From positions 15,087 through 79,086 of the forward strand of contig MFWK01000022.1 in the NCBI GenBank assembly GCA_001786365.1: a stretch of 64,000 bases of DNA. The letters run 5' to 3'. Numbering within the stretch: position 1 is the first letter of the stretch; each line of letters opens with the position of its first letter. The DNA comes from Candidatus Nomurabacteria bacterium RIFOXYD2_FULL_35_12. Its GTDB lineage: Bacteria > Patescibacteriota > Minisyncoccia > Phycocordibacterales > UBA9973. Made by a program: the position numbers and the translations under genes. The notes below the pieces were generated by a model. That model had not been told where the DNA came from and ran no database searches. It saw only the letters and a list, made by a program, of their open reading frames with translations. Shown piece by piece: positions 10,270 to 19,560 of the stretch.

Positions 10270-10965
10270 TTATATTCCAATAACGCCAAATATTTCTCCG
10301 ATGCCATAAGTTACAAGCATTGCAAGTAAGCCACCTATCACAACCCTCACGGTCGCGTTAATTTTTTTAGCTCCCCCTGCATGCGTGCTTAAGATTCCTA
10401 TTACAATGAGCACACATAATACTGTAAAAAATGTCACCGGGACACGAATTGAAGGAGGGGAAATCGTTATGGTGAAAAGTGGTATTATTCCCCCAAATAA
10501 AAAAGCAATAGCAGAAGCACAAGAAGCATGTAAAGGATTAGTCAGGTTGTTTGGGTTAATTCCCAATTCAGCATGAAAATGCGCAGCGTGTACATCATGG
10601 GCGGTGAATTCTTTCGCGACCAAAAGAGCTGTTTCTTTTGATAAACCTTCTTTTTCATAAATAGAGACAAGCTCTTTTAGTTCTTCTTCAGGGTTGTTAT
10701 TTATTTCATGACGTTCTTTTTCAATAAGCGCTTTCTCAGTATCACGTTGAGAACTTACAGACACATATTCTCCGACAGCCATAGATAAAGCTCCAGCGAT
10801 AAGGCTCGCCACACTGGCCGTCAAAATGATTTTTAAGTCATTTGTGGCGCCTGCCATTCCCACCACAACTGCGGAAATTGAAACTATGCCGTCATTACCT
10901 CCTAAAACTGCAGCTCGAAGCCAATTTAATTTTTGGTTAATATTTTCCATATATCTATAAATCAA
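10270..10965 (-). CDS. VIT1/CCC1-family iron/manganese transporter
   Basis: 231 aa. GGNDGIVSISAVVVGMAGA motif and a C-terminal TM bundle typical of the VIT family. Confidence 0.6.
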   Translation of the reverse strand: MIYRYMENINQKLNWLRAAVLGGNDGIVSISAVVVGMAGATNDLKIILTASVASLIAGALSMAVGEYVSVSSQRDTEKALIEKERHEINNNPEEELKELVSIYEKEGLSKETALLVAKEFTAHDVHAAHFHAELGINPNNLTNPLHASCASAIAFLFGGIIPLFTITISPPSIRVPVTFFTVLCVLIVIGILSTHAGGAKKINATVRVVIGGLLAMLVTYGIGEIFGVIGI

Positions 10966-11297
10966 TTCAACTTTCCACCTATAACTGCATTTTCTTTATC
11001 TGGAACCAGTAAGATTACTTTATCTTCTTTGTCCGGCACGCCGAGAGTTAAAACTTCTGATTCATAAGAGCCTATTTTCCTAACAGGAAAATTTATGACA
11101 CCTACTACGAGCTTCCCTATCAATTCTTCTTTTTGGTAAAAAATAGCAATTTGAGAAAATGAATTTTTAATCCCAACTTCAGGACCAAAGTCTATTCGAA
11201 GCTTGTATCCAGGCTTTCTGGCTTCGGGGTGGTCATTTACCTCAATTATTTTTCCAACTCTTATATCTAATTTTTCAAAATCTTCTATTGTTGCCAT
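10962..11297 (-). CDS. tRNA-binding protein (CsaA/YgjH, EMAP-like OB fold)
   Basis: 111 aa. LDIRVGKIIEVNDHPEARKPGYKLRIDFG matches the tRNA-binding domain of CsaA and the MetRS C-terminus. Confidence 0.7.
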   Translation of the reverse strand: MATIEDFEKLDIRVGKIIEVNDHPEARKPGYKLRIDFGPEVGIKNSFSQIAIFYQKEELIGKLVVGVINFPVRKIGSYESEVLTLGVPDKEDKVILLVPDKENAVIGGKLN

Positions 11298-11308
11298 TTT
11301 ACAAAAAA

Positions 11309-11827
11309 TTATTTTATTAAATTTGCTAAAGCTATGACACTATTTATTGGTTCAGAAGTATCTTTTTTTACAGCTAAAGCGCCAATATCAGTAAATTTTT
11401 TATTGTAAAAAGCACTACTTGAAAAACCAACTATTTTTCCGCTAAAGCCTTCATAAAGTAATAATCTTGCTAAATCGTCACCCTTGATGCCGTTTTCTAA
11501 TGTGTAATCAATTAGAACAATATCTGGTTTGACTTCTAAAATTTTTTTTACAAAAGTAGCCAAGCTTTGATCTTTATGTAAGATAAAAGACATATTTCCA
11601 TTTGTAGCAATCATGAAATGAGGAATAAAAGCTTCACCAATATTTGCGGAGTCATCTACCATAGCAATATTCATATTCTCTAATGGTTTATATTCGGGCA
11701 AGGCTTCATAGGCGCGCCTGTATGTAGCACTACTTCCTAAAGATTTTAAAGCTGCATTAATTTTTGCTAAAATTTTTAATCTATGAGCTTCTTCTGGGTT
11801 TATTGGTGTTGTTGGTTTTTCTTCCAT
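11309..11827 (-). CDS. Stand-alone CheY-like receiver-domain protein (putative)
   Basis: 172 aa. IAMVDDS...DIVLIDYTL...GFSSS pattern (acidic pocket, phospho-Asp, Ser/Thr) with an N-terminal ~50 aa extension. Confidence 0.45.
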   Translation of the reverse strand: MEEKPTTPINPEEAHRLKILAKINAALKSLGSSATYRRAYEALPEYKPLENMNIAMVDDSANIGEAFIPHFMIATNGNMSFILHKDQSLATFVKKILEVKPDIVLIDYTLENGIKGDDLARLLLYEGFSGKIVGFSSSAFYNKKFTDIGALAVKKDTSEPINSVIALANLIK

Positions 11828-11871
11828 ATTTTTATTATATCAGATACTAAATGTAAAGATATTATTAAGAA

Positions 11872-12081
11872 TTAAGATTTGTCGTTTAAGTATTTACTGG
11901 CAACACTCAATACAAATGAAGGCAATATGATAAATACAGTAGTAAATAAAAGCTTAATTAATATTTCACTTATGTTTGAATCTGGGGTATTTGGCCCAGA
12001 AGCAGTCAAGACAACCAAAATGCCGATAATTCCAAAAACAATAGATGAATAAATAAAAACTCGTGTTACTATTTTTTGCAT
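11872..12081 (-). CDS. Small membrane protein (hypothetical)
   Basis: 69 aa with two predicted TM helices. Overlaps the next ORF by 13 nt. Confidence 0.3.
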   Translation of the reverse strand: MQKIVTRVFIYSSIVFGIIGILVVLTASGPNTPDSNISEILIKLLFTTVFIILPSFVLSVASKYLNDKS

Positions 12082-12299
12082 AATTTTATTATAGCAGATT
12101 TAGCTGTGTCTAAGATAAAGGTATCTCTTTCCTTGATAAAACGACCCGCATAATTATTTGGTTTACTTTCTGATATGAATTTAAGTGCCTTCTCAAAAGG
12201 AATCCATACAGGCTTTTTAAAACCTTGTCTAATTTCGTGCTCGGTAAAAGCAACTTTGTCAGCAATATTGTCTTGATTTATAATTTTGAGTATTTTCAT
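12069..12299 (-). CDS. Hypothetical protein
   Basis: 76 aa ORF immediately 3' of tRNA-Gln. No recognisable motif. Confidence 0.3.
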   Translation of the reverse strand: MKILKIINQDNIADKVAFTEHEIRQGFKKPVWIPFEKALKFISESKPNNYAGRFIKERDTFILDTAKSAIIKLCKK

Positions 12300-12310
12300 A
12301 ATATTCTACT

Positions 12311-12383
12311 TCCACGCAAGGCTGGGGGACTAGGATTCGGACCTAGATAGTGGGATCCAAAATCCCAAGTCCTACCGTTAGAC
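12311..12383 (-). tRNA. tRNA-Gln (anticodon UUG)
   Basis: Reverse complement reads TGGGGGATCGTCTAACGGTAGGACTTGGGATTTTGGATCCCACTATCTAGGTCCGAATCCTAGTCCCCCAGCC. Acceptor stem is 7 bp, anticodon loop is TTTTGGA, T-loop is TCCGAAT, and discriminator G is followed by CC. The overall pattern is close to E. coli tRNA-Gln. Confidence 0.8.
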
Positions 12384-12406
12384 GATCCCCCAGCTTTGCG
12401 AATAAG

Positions 12407-13108
12407 TTATTTATTATTGGCAATTTTTTCAAAAATCCCGTCTGACCATCCTGCTATTTTTCTAACTAAATTAGAACTTCTTCTAACCATTATTTTTAAT
12501 ACTCCATGATATTTTTCTCCGGTATTTTTTCTATTTGTTTTCTTAATTTTATTATTTTTAAGATAAACTTTAGAGAAGTTATCGACCGAAAAACCAGTAG
12601 TTTTAGACCAGAATTGCCTTACTTCATCTATCCTTTCCTTATGACTCGCATGAATCATTATTTCAAATAATATCATATTATTTGGTATTTTGCATATTTC
12701 ATCAAGCCATTTTAGGAATAAAATTATCATTTTAGGATCCATATTAGAAAAAGCAGTTGGAGACCCAGGGCGATATTGTTTTTCTTTGGTACCTTCAGCC
12801 CAATAAAGAACAACCCCTATAAGAAAAAATTCTTTTATAGATAAATTTTTTATCTCAGATTTTGCTTCAAAAAATATCTTTTCTTGCTTTTCAATTCTTT
12901 GTTTCTTTTTTGCTTGTCCACCACGAAGCGATGCAAGTCTTTTAGCCTTAGTAAATATTTGTTTTTGAGCTTTAGCCATACCGACACTTCGTAACCAAAT
13001 TGAGAGAGTTGATTTAGCTACGGGAATAGCTCTCAAAATGTCTGAATAGGTTTTACCTTCTTTGCGTAAAGCAATAGCTTTTTCTTTTTCTTTCACCTTT
13101 TTTATCAT
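12407..13108 (-). CDS. HTH-domain protein with LAGLIDADG-like C-terminal domain (possible homing-endonuclease-like / mobile-element remnant)
   Basis: 233 aa. The N-terminal KEGKTYSDILRAIPVAKSTLSIWLR is an HTH. The C-terminal region carries FLIGVVLYWAEGTKE, resembling a degenerate LAGLIDADG motif. Sits directly upstream of tRNA-Gln. Confidence 0.35.
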   Translation of the reverse strand: MIKKVKEKEKAIALRKEGKTYSDILRAIPVAKSTLSIWLRSVGMAKAQKQIFTKAKRLASLRGGQAKKKQRIEKQEKIFFEAKSEIKNLSIKEFFLIGVVLYWAEGTKEKQYRPGSPTAFSNMDPKMIILFLKWLDEICKIPNNMILFEIMIHASHKERIDEVRQFWSKTTGFSVDNFSKVYLKNNKIKKTNRKNTGEKYHGVLKIMVRRSSNLVRKIAGWSDGIFEKIANNK

Positions 13109-13153
13109 AGGTAGGATATTAGTATTATAGCACTCTACCTATGTAGTAATCAA

Positions 13154-14239
13154 CTATTTATTTGAAATATCTACTTCTTTGGCTATTATCTTCACCAAAG
13201 CAAGCTCTAAAGGCAATTCGGCAATAAAAGTATTTTCTATATTTTGATAAGCTTCCAATAAGGTAGAAAGAGATAATGAATGAAACATTCCTGCTTTACC
13301 GGGTAAATCTTTTTTAATAAGAATTTTTAGGAAATCAATATCGGTCTTAGATAAATCCCCTACCATCTTATCTTCTAATCCTGGGGCTGATTTTAAAATT
13401 ATGGCCATACGGAATTTATTAATAATTAATTTTAAATACAATTTCATATCTAAATTAAGAGTTGAAGCTGAACGCACGGTGCTAATTCCCTTTTCTAAAT
13501 TCCTTTCGGCGATTGCGGAAATAAAATCATTCACAAGAGTCGTTTTCGGTGCGCCAGTGATAGATTCCACACCTTCGCGGGTAACCTTTGAAACTTTCTT
13601 TCCTTTTTTGTCTTTACCAATGAAATTTAGAACCTTTTGAAGTTCACCGAGTCCATCACGAAACGAACCATCAGCTAGGATAGCTAGAAGTTCAGCCGAG
13701 TCTCCATCTAATTCAAAGCCTTCACCTTTTGCCACATCTATCAGCATCTTCTTGCAAACAAGGTCTGAAGCTTTTTTAAATGTGAAAACCTGACAGCGAG
13801 AAATGATAGTTTCTGGCACTTTATGAAGCTCTGTCGTCGCTAAAATAAAAATAACATGCTTTGGCGGTTCTTCTAAGGTTTTCAATAATGCGCCCCAAGC
13901 GTCTTTGGAAAGCATGTGCACCTCGTCTATTATGTAAACTTTATATTTTGAATCAAAAGGAAGCACTCGCGCGCCATCACGCAGAAGTTTTATGTCCTCG
14001 ATGCCCCTGTTTGATGCAGCATCTATCTCATACATATCATTTACTGATACGCCTATGCGGGTGGCAAAAATTCTAGCCACAGAAGTCTTGCCTGTGCCTC
14101 TAGAGCCGACAAAAAGGTAAGCATGCGAAACTTTATTCGTCTCCACCGAACTTTCTAAGACTTTTACAATATGATCCTGACCTAAGACTTCCTTGAAGCT
14201 CTTTGGTCTGTATTTTCTATATAATGCCAAATCGTGCAT
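13154..14239 (-). CDS. dnaX: DNA polymerase III subunit gamma/tau (short form)
   Basis: 361 aa. YRPKSFKEVLGQDHIV, Walker A GSRGTGKTS, and the clamp-loader box TLEEPPKHVIFILATT. Confidence 0.9.
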   Translation of the reverse strand: MHDLALYRKYRPKSFKEVLGQDHIVKVLESSVETNKVSHAYLFVGSRGTGKTSVARIFATRIGVSVNDMYEIDAASNRGIEDIKLLRDGARVLPFDSKYKVYIIDEVHMLSKDAWGALLKTLEEPPKHVIFILATTELHKVPETIISRCQVFTFKKASDLVCKKMLIDVAKGEGFELDGDSAELLAILADGSFRDGLGELQKVLNFIGKDKKGKKVSKVTREGVESITGAPKTTLVNDFISAIAERNLEKGISTVRSASTLNLDMKLYLKLIINKFRMAIILKSAPGLEDKMVGDLSKTDIDFLKILIKKDLPGKAGMFHSLSLSTLLEAYQNIENTFIAELPLELALVKIIAKEVDISNK

Positions 14240-14301
14240 ATGAGGATTATACTCTAAAAAAGAAAAAATCTAAAGAATTTTAAGCGTCGTGGGTTCCCTA
14301 A

Positions 14302-14811
14302 CTAATCGTCTTCGTAATCTCTATTTTTAGGTAAAGTAGGGTTTGGATTTGCTACAGGTGGAGTAGTTGGATTACTAGAACTAGTTGCTACTGTCTGATT
14401 TAAATCTCCTATATAATAAGCAGAGAGCAGAGCATGGGCAGAAGAAGAATGCGCCCCAGTGCCACCTCTATTTGCATAAATTGTCGTCGCATCGGTGCCA
14501 CAAGTCGGCAAAATAGCGCTGACACCTCCAGGGTGTTGGTTGAAATAAGAAGTAACATCATAGATTTTACCGGAAACAAGGAGCCAGCAACTCTGTCTTG
14601 AATTATGTTTTGTAAGTTAAGTTTTATTTAAGAGTAAACTAGAATTTCCAGATTTTGTGCCAGAAGTATTATTAAGATTATTATTTCCAAGAACATTTTC
14701 TCCATTTGTTATTGTTCCAGTATTTTGATTATATAAAATGAGCCCAGCCACGATAATGGCCACAGTCACTGCCCAGAAAATAAATAAAGACATCGTTACG
14801 TATTTTTTCAT
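14302..14811 (-). pseudogene. Secreted/membrane-anchored cytochrome-b5-like heme-binding domain protein interrupted by an in-frame TAA
   Basis: ORFs 14617..14811 (signal/TM MKKYVTMSLFIFWAVTVAIIVAGLILY plus an Asn/Thr/Gly-rich linker) and 14302..14511 are in the same frame, separated by a single TAA (14617..14619). Reading through the stop gives ...LVSGKIYDVTSYFNQHPGG..., the cytochrome b5 fingerprint, which starts upstream of the annotated TTG start of the second ORF. Confidence 0.45.
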
Positions 14812-14817
14812 AAAATT

Positions 14818-16125
14818 TTAAAGACTAAATTCTTCTGAATGAATTTTATTATTAATAAAACCTAAATTTATAAACTGTTCTCTTAAACTCTTCATAAACT
14901 TTTTAGGTCCGCATAAGAATATATCTATATTTATGTCCTCATTTTTTGAAACTAAACTTACAGAAATATAACTATCTTTTTCTGAAAGATATGGGTGAAA
15001 TTTAAAATTATTATTTTGCCTAGCTATTTGTTCAAATTCTATAGCGAAAGCCAACTCAGAAGTATTCTTTACACTATAATATAGGTCTATATTATAAGAA
15101 TTAAACTCTGCTTTTTTTGTATTAATCTGCCTCGCCATACTCAAAAATGGAGTGATGCCGATACCTCCAGCTATCCATATTTGCCTTTTTGACTCCCCTT
15201 TTAAATAAGAAAAAGAACCAAAAGGTCCTTCGATTGAGCAAGTAACTCCCGGCTTTAAAAGATAAATCATCGAAGTGTAGTCTCCTAATGTTTTTATACC
15301 TAAAGATAAATGATCATCACTAGGAGAAGATGTTATAGAAAATGGGTGAGATTCAGAAAGGATACCTTTTTCTTGGAATCTCAGAAAAACAAATTGTCCT
15401 GGTAGAAATCGCATTCTTTTACTCAATGATGAAAGTTTTAATTCCGCTATGTCATCATTTACTCTTATTATTTCTTCTAATTTATATTGATACTCATCCT
15501 TTTTATAAACTTGCAAAATAGTTCTGTAAATATAAGAACAGGCACCCAGCATTGCTAAAATTATCATGTAGTATTTTAATGTCGTATTGTTAGAAATGTC
15601 GCTAGGTATCAAAAACATATGCAGGCCACTTAAAAACAAAACAATTCCTAGATATTTGTGAGTATTTTTCCAATTTTCATATTTAAATTTTAAATAAAAA
15701 GTAATTACCATCAAAACAATAAATACAAGGATAGCAATTTTACCGAGGTTTAAAGCTAGATCTTGAAAAGAGAAAACAAAGAGAAAAGAAGCTTTCAGGG
15801 AGATAAATAAATATTGAATAATAAGAAAAACTGGGTGAAAAAGTATGAGGCAAAAAGCTAATGCTCCGATAGTGTGGTGTTTAATATAAACTCTATTCAG
15901 TCCATTGAATAATTTATCTAAAAATTTAAAACGAGCAGCTAAAATAAAATTAATGGAAAGTAGTGCCATACCTAAGAGTCCAGTTATCTGCCCGAGACTA
16001 CGAAATGTCATTCCAAATGAAGTAAACCTATCAGCTAGTGGCTTCATAAAAAGCCAAATGATTATAGGAATGATAGACAAAATTATAACGAGAATAAGAC
16101 CTGAATTATTTTTGAACAATTTCAT
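14818..16125 (-). CDS. Ferric-reductase/NADPH-oxidase-like flavocytochrome (TM bis-heme domain + FAD + NAD(P)H domains)
   Basis: 435 aa with six N-terminal TM helices. Paired His pattern HHTIGALAFCLILFHP / HKYLGIVLFLSGLH (bis-heme); FAD motif HPFSI; NAD(P)H motif GGIGITPF; C-terminal CGP. Confidence 0.7.
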   Translation of the reverse strand: MKLFKNNSGLILVIILSIIPIIIWLFMKPLADRFTSFGMTFRSLGQITGLLGMALLSINFILAARFKFLDKLFNGLNRVYIKHHTIGALAFCLILFHPVFLIIQYLFISLKASFLFVFSFQDLALNLGKIAILVFIVLMVITFYLKFKYENWKNTHKYLGIVLFLSGLHMFLIPSDISNNTTLKYYMIILAMLGACSYIYRTILQVYKKDEYQYKLEEIIRVNDDIAELKLSSLSKRMRFLPGQFVFLRFQEKGILSESHPFSITSSPSDDHLSLGIKTLGDYTSMIYLLKPGVTCSIEGPFGSFSYLKGESKRQIWIAGGIGITPFLSMARQINTKKAEFNSYNIDLYYSVKNTSELAFAIEFEQIARQNNNFKFHPYLSEKDSYISVSLVSKNEDINIDIFLCGPKKFMKSLREQFINLGFINNKIHSEEFSL

Positions 16126-16157
16126 AATTATGATTTTATTATATTAAAAACTTATTT

Positions 16158-17240
16158 TCAACTTAATTTATTATTTTTAATAAAAGTATTAATTGTCTTT
16201 TCTACTTGTTTAGAATTTTCAGTTTCCATTAATTTTATTCGAAGCTCTTTTGCACCATCAAAACCGTTCACGTAAGCTTTAAAATGTTTTTTCATCACAT
16301 CAAAACCTTTATGTTTTGGTTTAGCGAGTTCTTCATCAAAAATCTGTGTATGCTCTATTAGAACTTCAAGCTTTTCTTTAATGGAAGGAAGAACAGCATC
16401 AAAAGAGACTTGGGAGCGCGACGGCGCGAGCACGAGGAATTTTTCAGTAGAAAAATATCCGTGCTCTTCGGATGCTGTTCTTCCTGAAAAAAACCAAGGA
16501 TTTCCAAAAACTCCCCTGCCTATCATCACTCCATCACAGCCATACTCTCTAGCTTTATCTTCTGCATCTTTCAAACTCGCAACATCACCATTACCAATGA
16601 GTAAAATATCTTTACCACTCTTCTCTATGCATTTTTTAACTTTTTTAATAAGTTCCCAATTTGCCGGAACGAGTGAAAGTTCTTTTGTGGTTCTCAAATG
16701 AATCGTCAAAGCTGAAATGTCTTCTTTTAATAATTCAGGTATCCAATTATCTATATCTTCTTTATTAAAACCAACTCTCGTCTTCACTGACACAGGAGTA
16801 TTTAGGCCAGCTGATTTTATTCCCGCATGAGCCGACTGAATAATTTCTCGCGCAAGCTTCGGATTCTTTATCAAAGCCGAACCAGCTCCTTGGCTGATTA
16901 CTGATTTATCCGGACAGCCCATATTTATGTCTATGCCATCAAAACCAAGGCTCGCAATATACTGACAAGCCTTCTTCATATTTTCCAGATTAGCGCCAAA
17001 AACTTGCGCCACAATAGGCCTTTCACGTTCTTTATATTTTAAAATATGCGCTAGCTTTTTTCTGCCAAGCTTGTCCGCAAGGCCATCTGCAGCCACGAAC
17101 TCAGTCCAGAAAACAACTTTGTCTTTGTTTTCCCTATTCTTGCCATATTTTGCCAACATATAGCGAAAAGCGATATCAGTGACATCTGACATCGGCGCAA
17201 GGCAGAAGAAAGGTTTATCTAGTTTTGTCCAAAAATTCAT
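16158..17240 (-). CDS. dusB: tRNA-dihydrouridine synthase (Dus family)
   Basis: 360 aa. FFCLAPMSDVTD, DINMGCP, TIM-barrel FMN motifs. Confidence 0.8.
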   Translation of the reverse strand: MNFWTKLDKPFFCLAPMSDVTDIAFRYMLAKYGKNRENKDKVVFWTEFVAADGLADKLGRKKLAHILKYKERERPIVAQVFGANLENMKKACQYIASLGFDGIDINMGCPDKSVISQGAGSALIKNPKLAREIIQSAHAGIKSAGLNTPVSVKTRVGFNKEDIDNWIPELLKEDISALTIHLRTTKELSLVPANWELIKKVKKCIEKSGKDILLIGNGDVASLKDAEDKAREYGCDGVMIGRGVFGNPWFFSGRTASEEHGYFSTEKFLVLAPSRSQVSFDAVLPSIKEKLEVLIEHTQIFDEELAKPKHKGFDVMKKHFKAYVNGFDGAKELRIKLMETENSKQVEKTINTFIKNNKLS

Positions 17241-17253
17241 TGCTTTGAAAAAC

Positions 17254-17340
17254 TCGGGGGTAAAAAATTTCTTAAAACTGCGCCCTCGAGGTCATAAGGA
17301 CAGGGAACCCACACGTTTTTTAAAATTCTTTACCCCCGAG
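17254..17340. repeat. Family D 32-nt repeat core (17281..17312) inside an 87-nt extended hairpin (12-bp perfect outer stem CTCGGGGGTAAA/TTTACCCCCGAG)
   Basis: Core CGCCCTCGAGGTCATAAGGACAGGGAACCCAC recurs as a reverse complement at 59949..59980. A partial copy CGTGGGTTCCCT lies at 14287..14298. The outer flank inverted repeats are visible directly. Confidence 0.7.
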
Positions 17341-17344
17341 TTTC

Positions 17345-18199
17345 CTATCGAGTGAACTTGTAATATACCTTATTTCCGAACCTTAAATCAATATATTGTA
17401 ATAAGGTGTATTTATTCTTTAAATTAGACAAGAGAGGTTCTGTACTGATGGCTGACTCTAAATTTTCAGCCACATTTTTGAAATCAGAATCAATTTTAAA
17501 AATTAAATATGGTTCTTTTGATATTTTATTTTTAACGGAAAGGAATATTTTTACATCACCATTATTTAAAATATACAAAGAAATAGGCTTGAATCCCATT
17601 GTTACCAACACATCTTTAAAATCAACTAGTTGCTTAAAATTTTCCTTTGAGAAATAGTTTTCATTATCTACCGGACCATAAAACTTAAAATATACTTCTC
17701 CAGAGAAATATGGCGCTTCGTCAAAAATATAACCACTTTCATCCACAAAATAACACTTTTTATCAGAAGAAATTAAATCTTCCTTTACATTTCCACACCA
17801 TGTATACAATGCTTCCCTCTCAGTCAAAGATATTTCTAAAGTTTTTATGTTTTTTACACCAACACTGATGTCTTTGATTCTTTTAAAAGAATTTTCTAGA
17901 TTAGTTTTTATTATATTCTGTGGATAAAACAAAAAATTAGTCTTTGGGAAAAACCAGAAATAATTTCCCGCAAGCTCTTTGTCTACAATCTCTTTGATTA
18001 GTTTTGTTTCAATGGCCTTATTTCCATTTATCTCTATTTTATTTATATTTAAATTAGAATCACGAGAAATAAAAACAATAGAACCTAGAATAACTGCAAT
18101 TAAGAATAAAGAAATAAAAATTTTATATAAAAAAATTCTTCTTCGACGTTTTTTTAACTCCAAAAGACCGGGAGAATTTAAAATATATCTTTTTCGCAT
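17345..18199 (-). CDS. ftsQ: Cell division protein FtsQ/DivIB-like (TM anchor + POTRA)
   Basis: 284 aa. RRRRIFLYKIFISLFLIAVILGSIVFI TM anchor followed by a POTRA-like I..IEINGN...I region. Confidence 0.55.
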   Translation of the reverse strand: MRKRYILNSPGLLELKKRRRRIFLYKIFISLFLIAVILGSIVFISRDSNLNINKIEINGNKAIETKLIKEIVDKELAGNYFWFFPKTNFLFYPQNIIKTNLENSFKRIKDISVGVKNIKTLEISLTEREALYTWCGNVKEDLISSDKKCYFVDESGYIFDEAPYFSGEVYFKFYGPVDNENYFSKENFKQLVDFKDVLVTMGFKPISLYILNNGDVKIFLSVKNKISKEPYLIFKIDSDFKNVAENLESAISTEPLLSNLKNKYTLLQYIDLRFGNKVYYKFTR

Positions 18200-18228
18200 T
18201 CTATTTACTTTATAACTTTAAGAACTTT

Positions 18229-19494
18229 CTACTTTATAAACTCTCTATTACCCATATACTTTCTCAAAACTTCTGGAATTTTTACAGAGCCATCAGCTTG
18301 CTGGAAATTTTCCACTATTGCCTCAATTATTCTAGGAGTAGCCACAGCTGTATTGTTTAAAGAATGAGCATATTTTAATTTTCCATCTGCATCTTTATAT
18401 CTAATATTCAAACGTCTAGTTTGAAAATCATGAAAATAAGAAGCTGAATGAGTCTCTCTGTATTTGTTTTGAGAAGGCATCCAAACTTCGATATCGTATT
18501 TCTTTACTTGTCCGAGGCCTAAGTCTCCACCACAGTTTGCAACTATATGATAAGGCAAATTTAATGCTATAAGTAAATCCTCTACATTTTTTGTAATTTC
18601 TTCGTGAAATTTTACACTCTCTTCATGATTAGCTTCACACAATACTACTTGTTCTAGTTTATAAAACTCATGCACTCTAAAAAATCCTTTAACATCTTTA
18701 CCATGACTTCCTGCTTCTCTACGAAAACAAGTAGAAAATGCGGCAAATTTTATAGGAAATTTTGTTTTATCCAAAACCTCATTTGAATAATAAGACATAG
18801 TTGCGACTTCCCCAGTACCAGCCAAATAATCACCGTCTTGAGTCTTATATAGGTCATCTTCTCCACCTGGAATGTATCCTGTACCAACCAAAGAAGCCTT
18901 TTTTACGAGCGATGGCACAATCATCGGAATAAAACCCTTACTAACTAAACTATCAAAAAAGAATTGCCATAATGCAAAAGCCAAGAGTGCCCCTTCATTT
19001 TTCAAAAAATAACCTCTAAAGCCTGCAACTTTCGTGCCACGCTCAAAATCTGCAAGATCCAAGTCACTTATTAAAGTTAATTGATTCTTTATTTCAAAAT
19101 TAAAAATAGGTTTTTCTCCGCCAACTTTTACTTCTTTATTTTCTGCATCACTGGATCCTTCTGGCACAGATATATCTGGCACATTTGGCACACTCAGCAT
19201 CATCTTCTGCCATTCTTCCATTATTGTTTTCAGTTTTTCTTCTTTTGATTTAATATCTTCCTTCACCACCCGCATTTCTTCAATGAGCTGAATTTTTAGC
19301 GCTGAATCTTGATTGCGAACTATGTCGTTTGAAACTTTGTTTACTTCTGAACGGAGCTCTTCTACTTCTTTTAATATTTTTAAGCGTTCATCATCGAGAG
19401 CTATGAGTTTAGTTATGTCTATATCCACGCGCTTTTTCTTTGCGCCCTCTTGCACTATCTCTTTATTTTCACGAATAAATTTGATGTCTAGCAT
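18229..19494 (-). CDS. serS: Seryl-tRNA synthetase
   Basis: 421 aa. N-terminal coiled-coil arm MLDIKFIRENKE...; class II motifs FRREAGSHGKDVKGFFRVHEF and GLGQ. Confidence 0.9.
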   Translation of the reverse strand: MLDIKFIRENKEIVQEGAKKKRVDIDITKLIALDDERLKILKEVEELRSEVNKVSNDIVRNQDSALKIQLIEEMRVVKEDIKSKEEKLKTIMEEWQKMMLSVPNVPDISVPEGSSDAENKEVKVGGEKPIFNFEIKNQLTLISDLDLADFERGTKVAGFRGYFLKNEGALLAFALWQFFFDSLVSKGFIPMIVPSLVKKASLVGTGYIPGGEDDLYKTQDGDYLAGTGEVATMSYYSNEVLDKTKFPIKFAAFSTCFRREAGSHGKDVKGFFRVHEFYKLEQVVLCEANHEESVKFHEEITKNVEDLLIALNLPYHIVANCGGDLGLGQVKKYDIEVWMPSQNKYRETHSASYFHDFQTRRLNIRYKDADGKLKYAHSLNNTAVATPRIIEAIVENFQQADGSVKIPEVLRKYMGNREFIK

Positions 19495-19560
19495 AAATTA
19501 GGTTCTAGCTTCTAGTAGCTAGGTTCTAGTATTATACATTAATACTGTTATAATTACAAA

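Noticed and set aside
14240-14301. SRP (4.5S) RNA expected upstream of dnaX
   Set aside because: Only a 12-nt fragment of the family D repeat is present. There is no helix-8 GNRA/GGAA-AGCAGC signature, and the region is too short.
16421-16450. GC-rich patch GGGAGCGCGACGGCGCGAGCACGAGG inside dusB (encodes LAPSRSQ) as another in-frame element
   Set aside because: It is not palindromic and no second copy was seen. It may simply be coding sequence, so it is not reported as a repeat.
19495-19560. GGTTCTAG x2 / TAGCTTCTAGTAGCTA quasi-palindromes in the serS-dprA divergent region as a T-box or riboswitch
   Set aside because: A 66-nt spacer is far too short for a T-box leader. These are more likely operator or promoter-overlap repeats, and are not reported separately.
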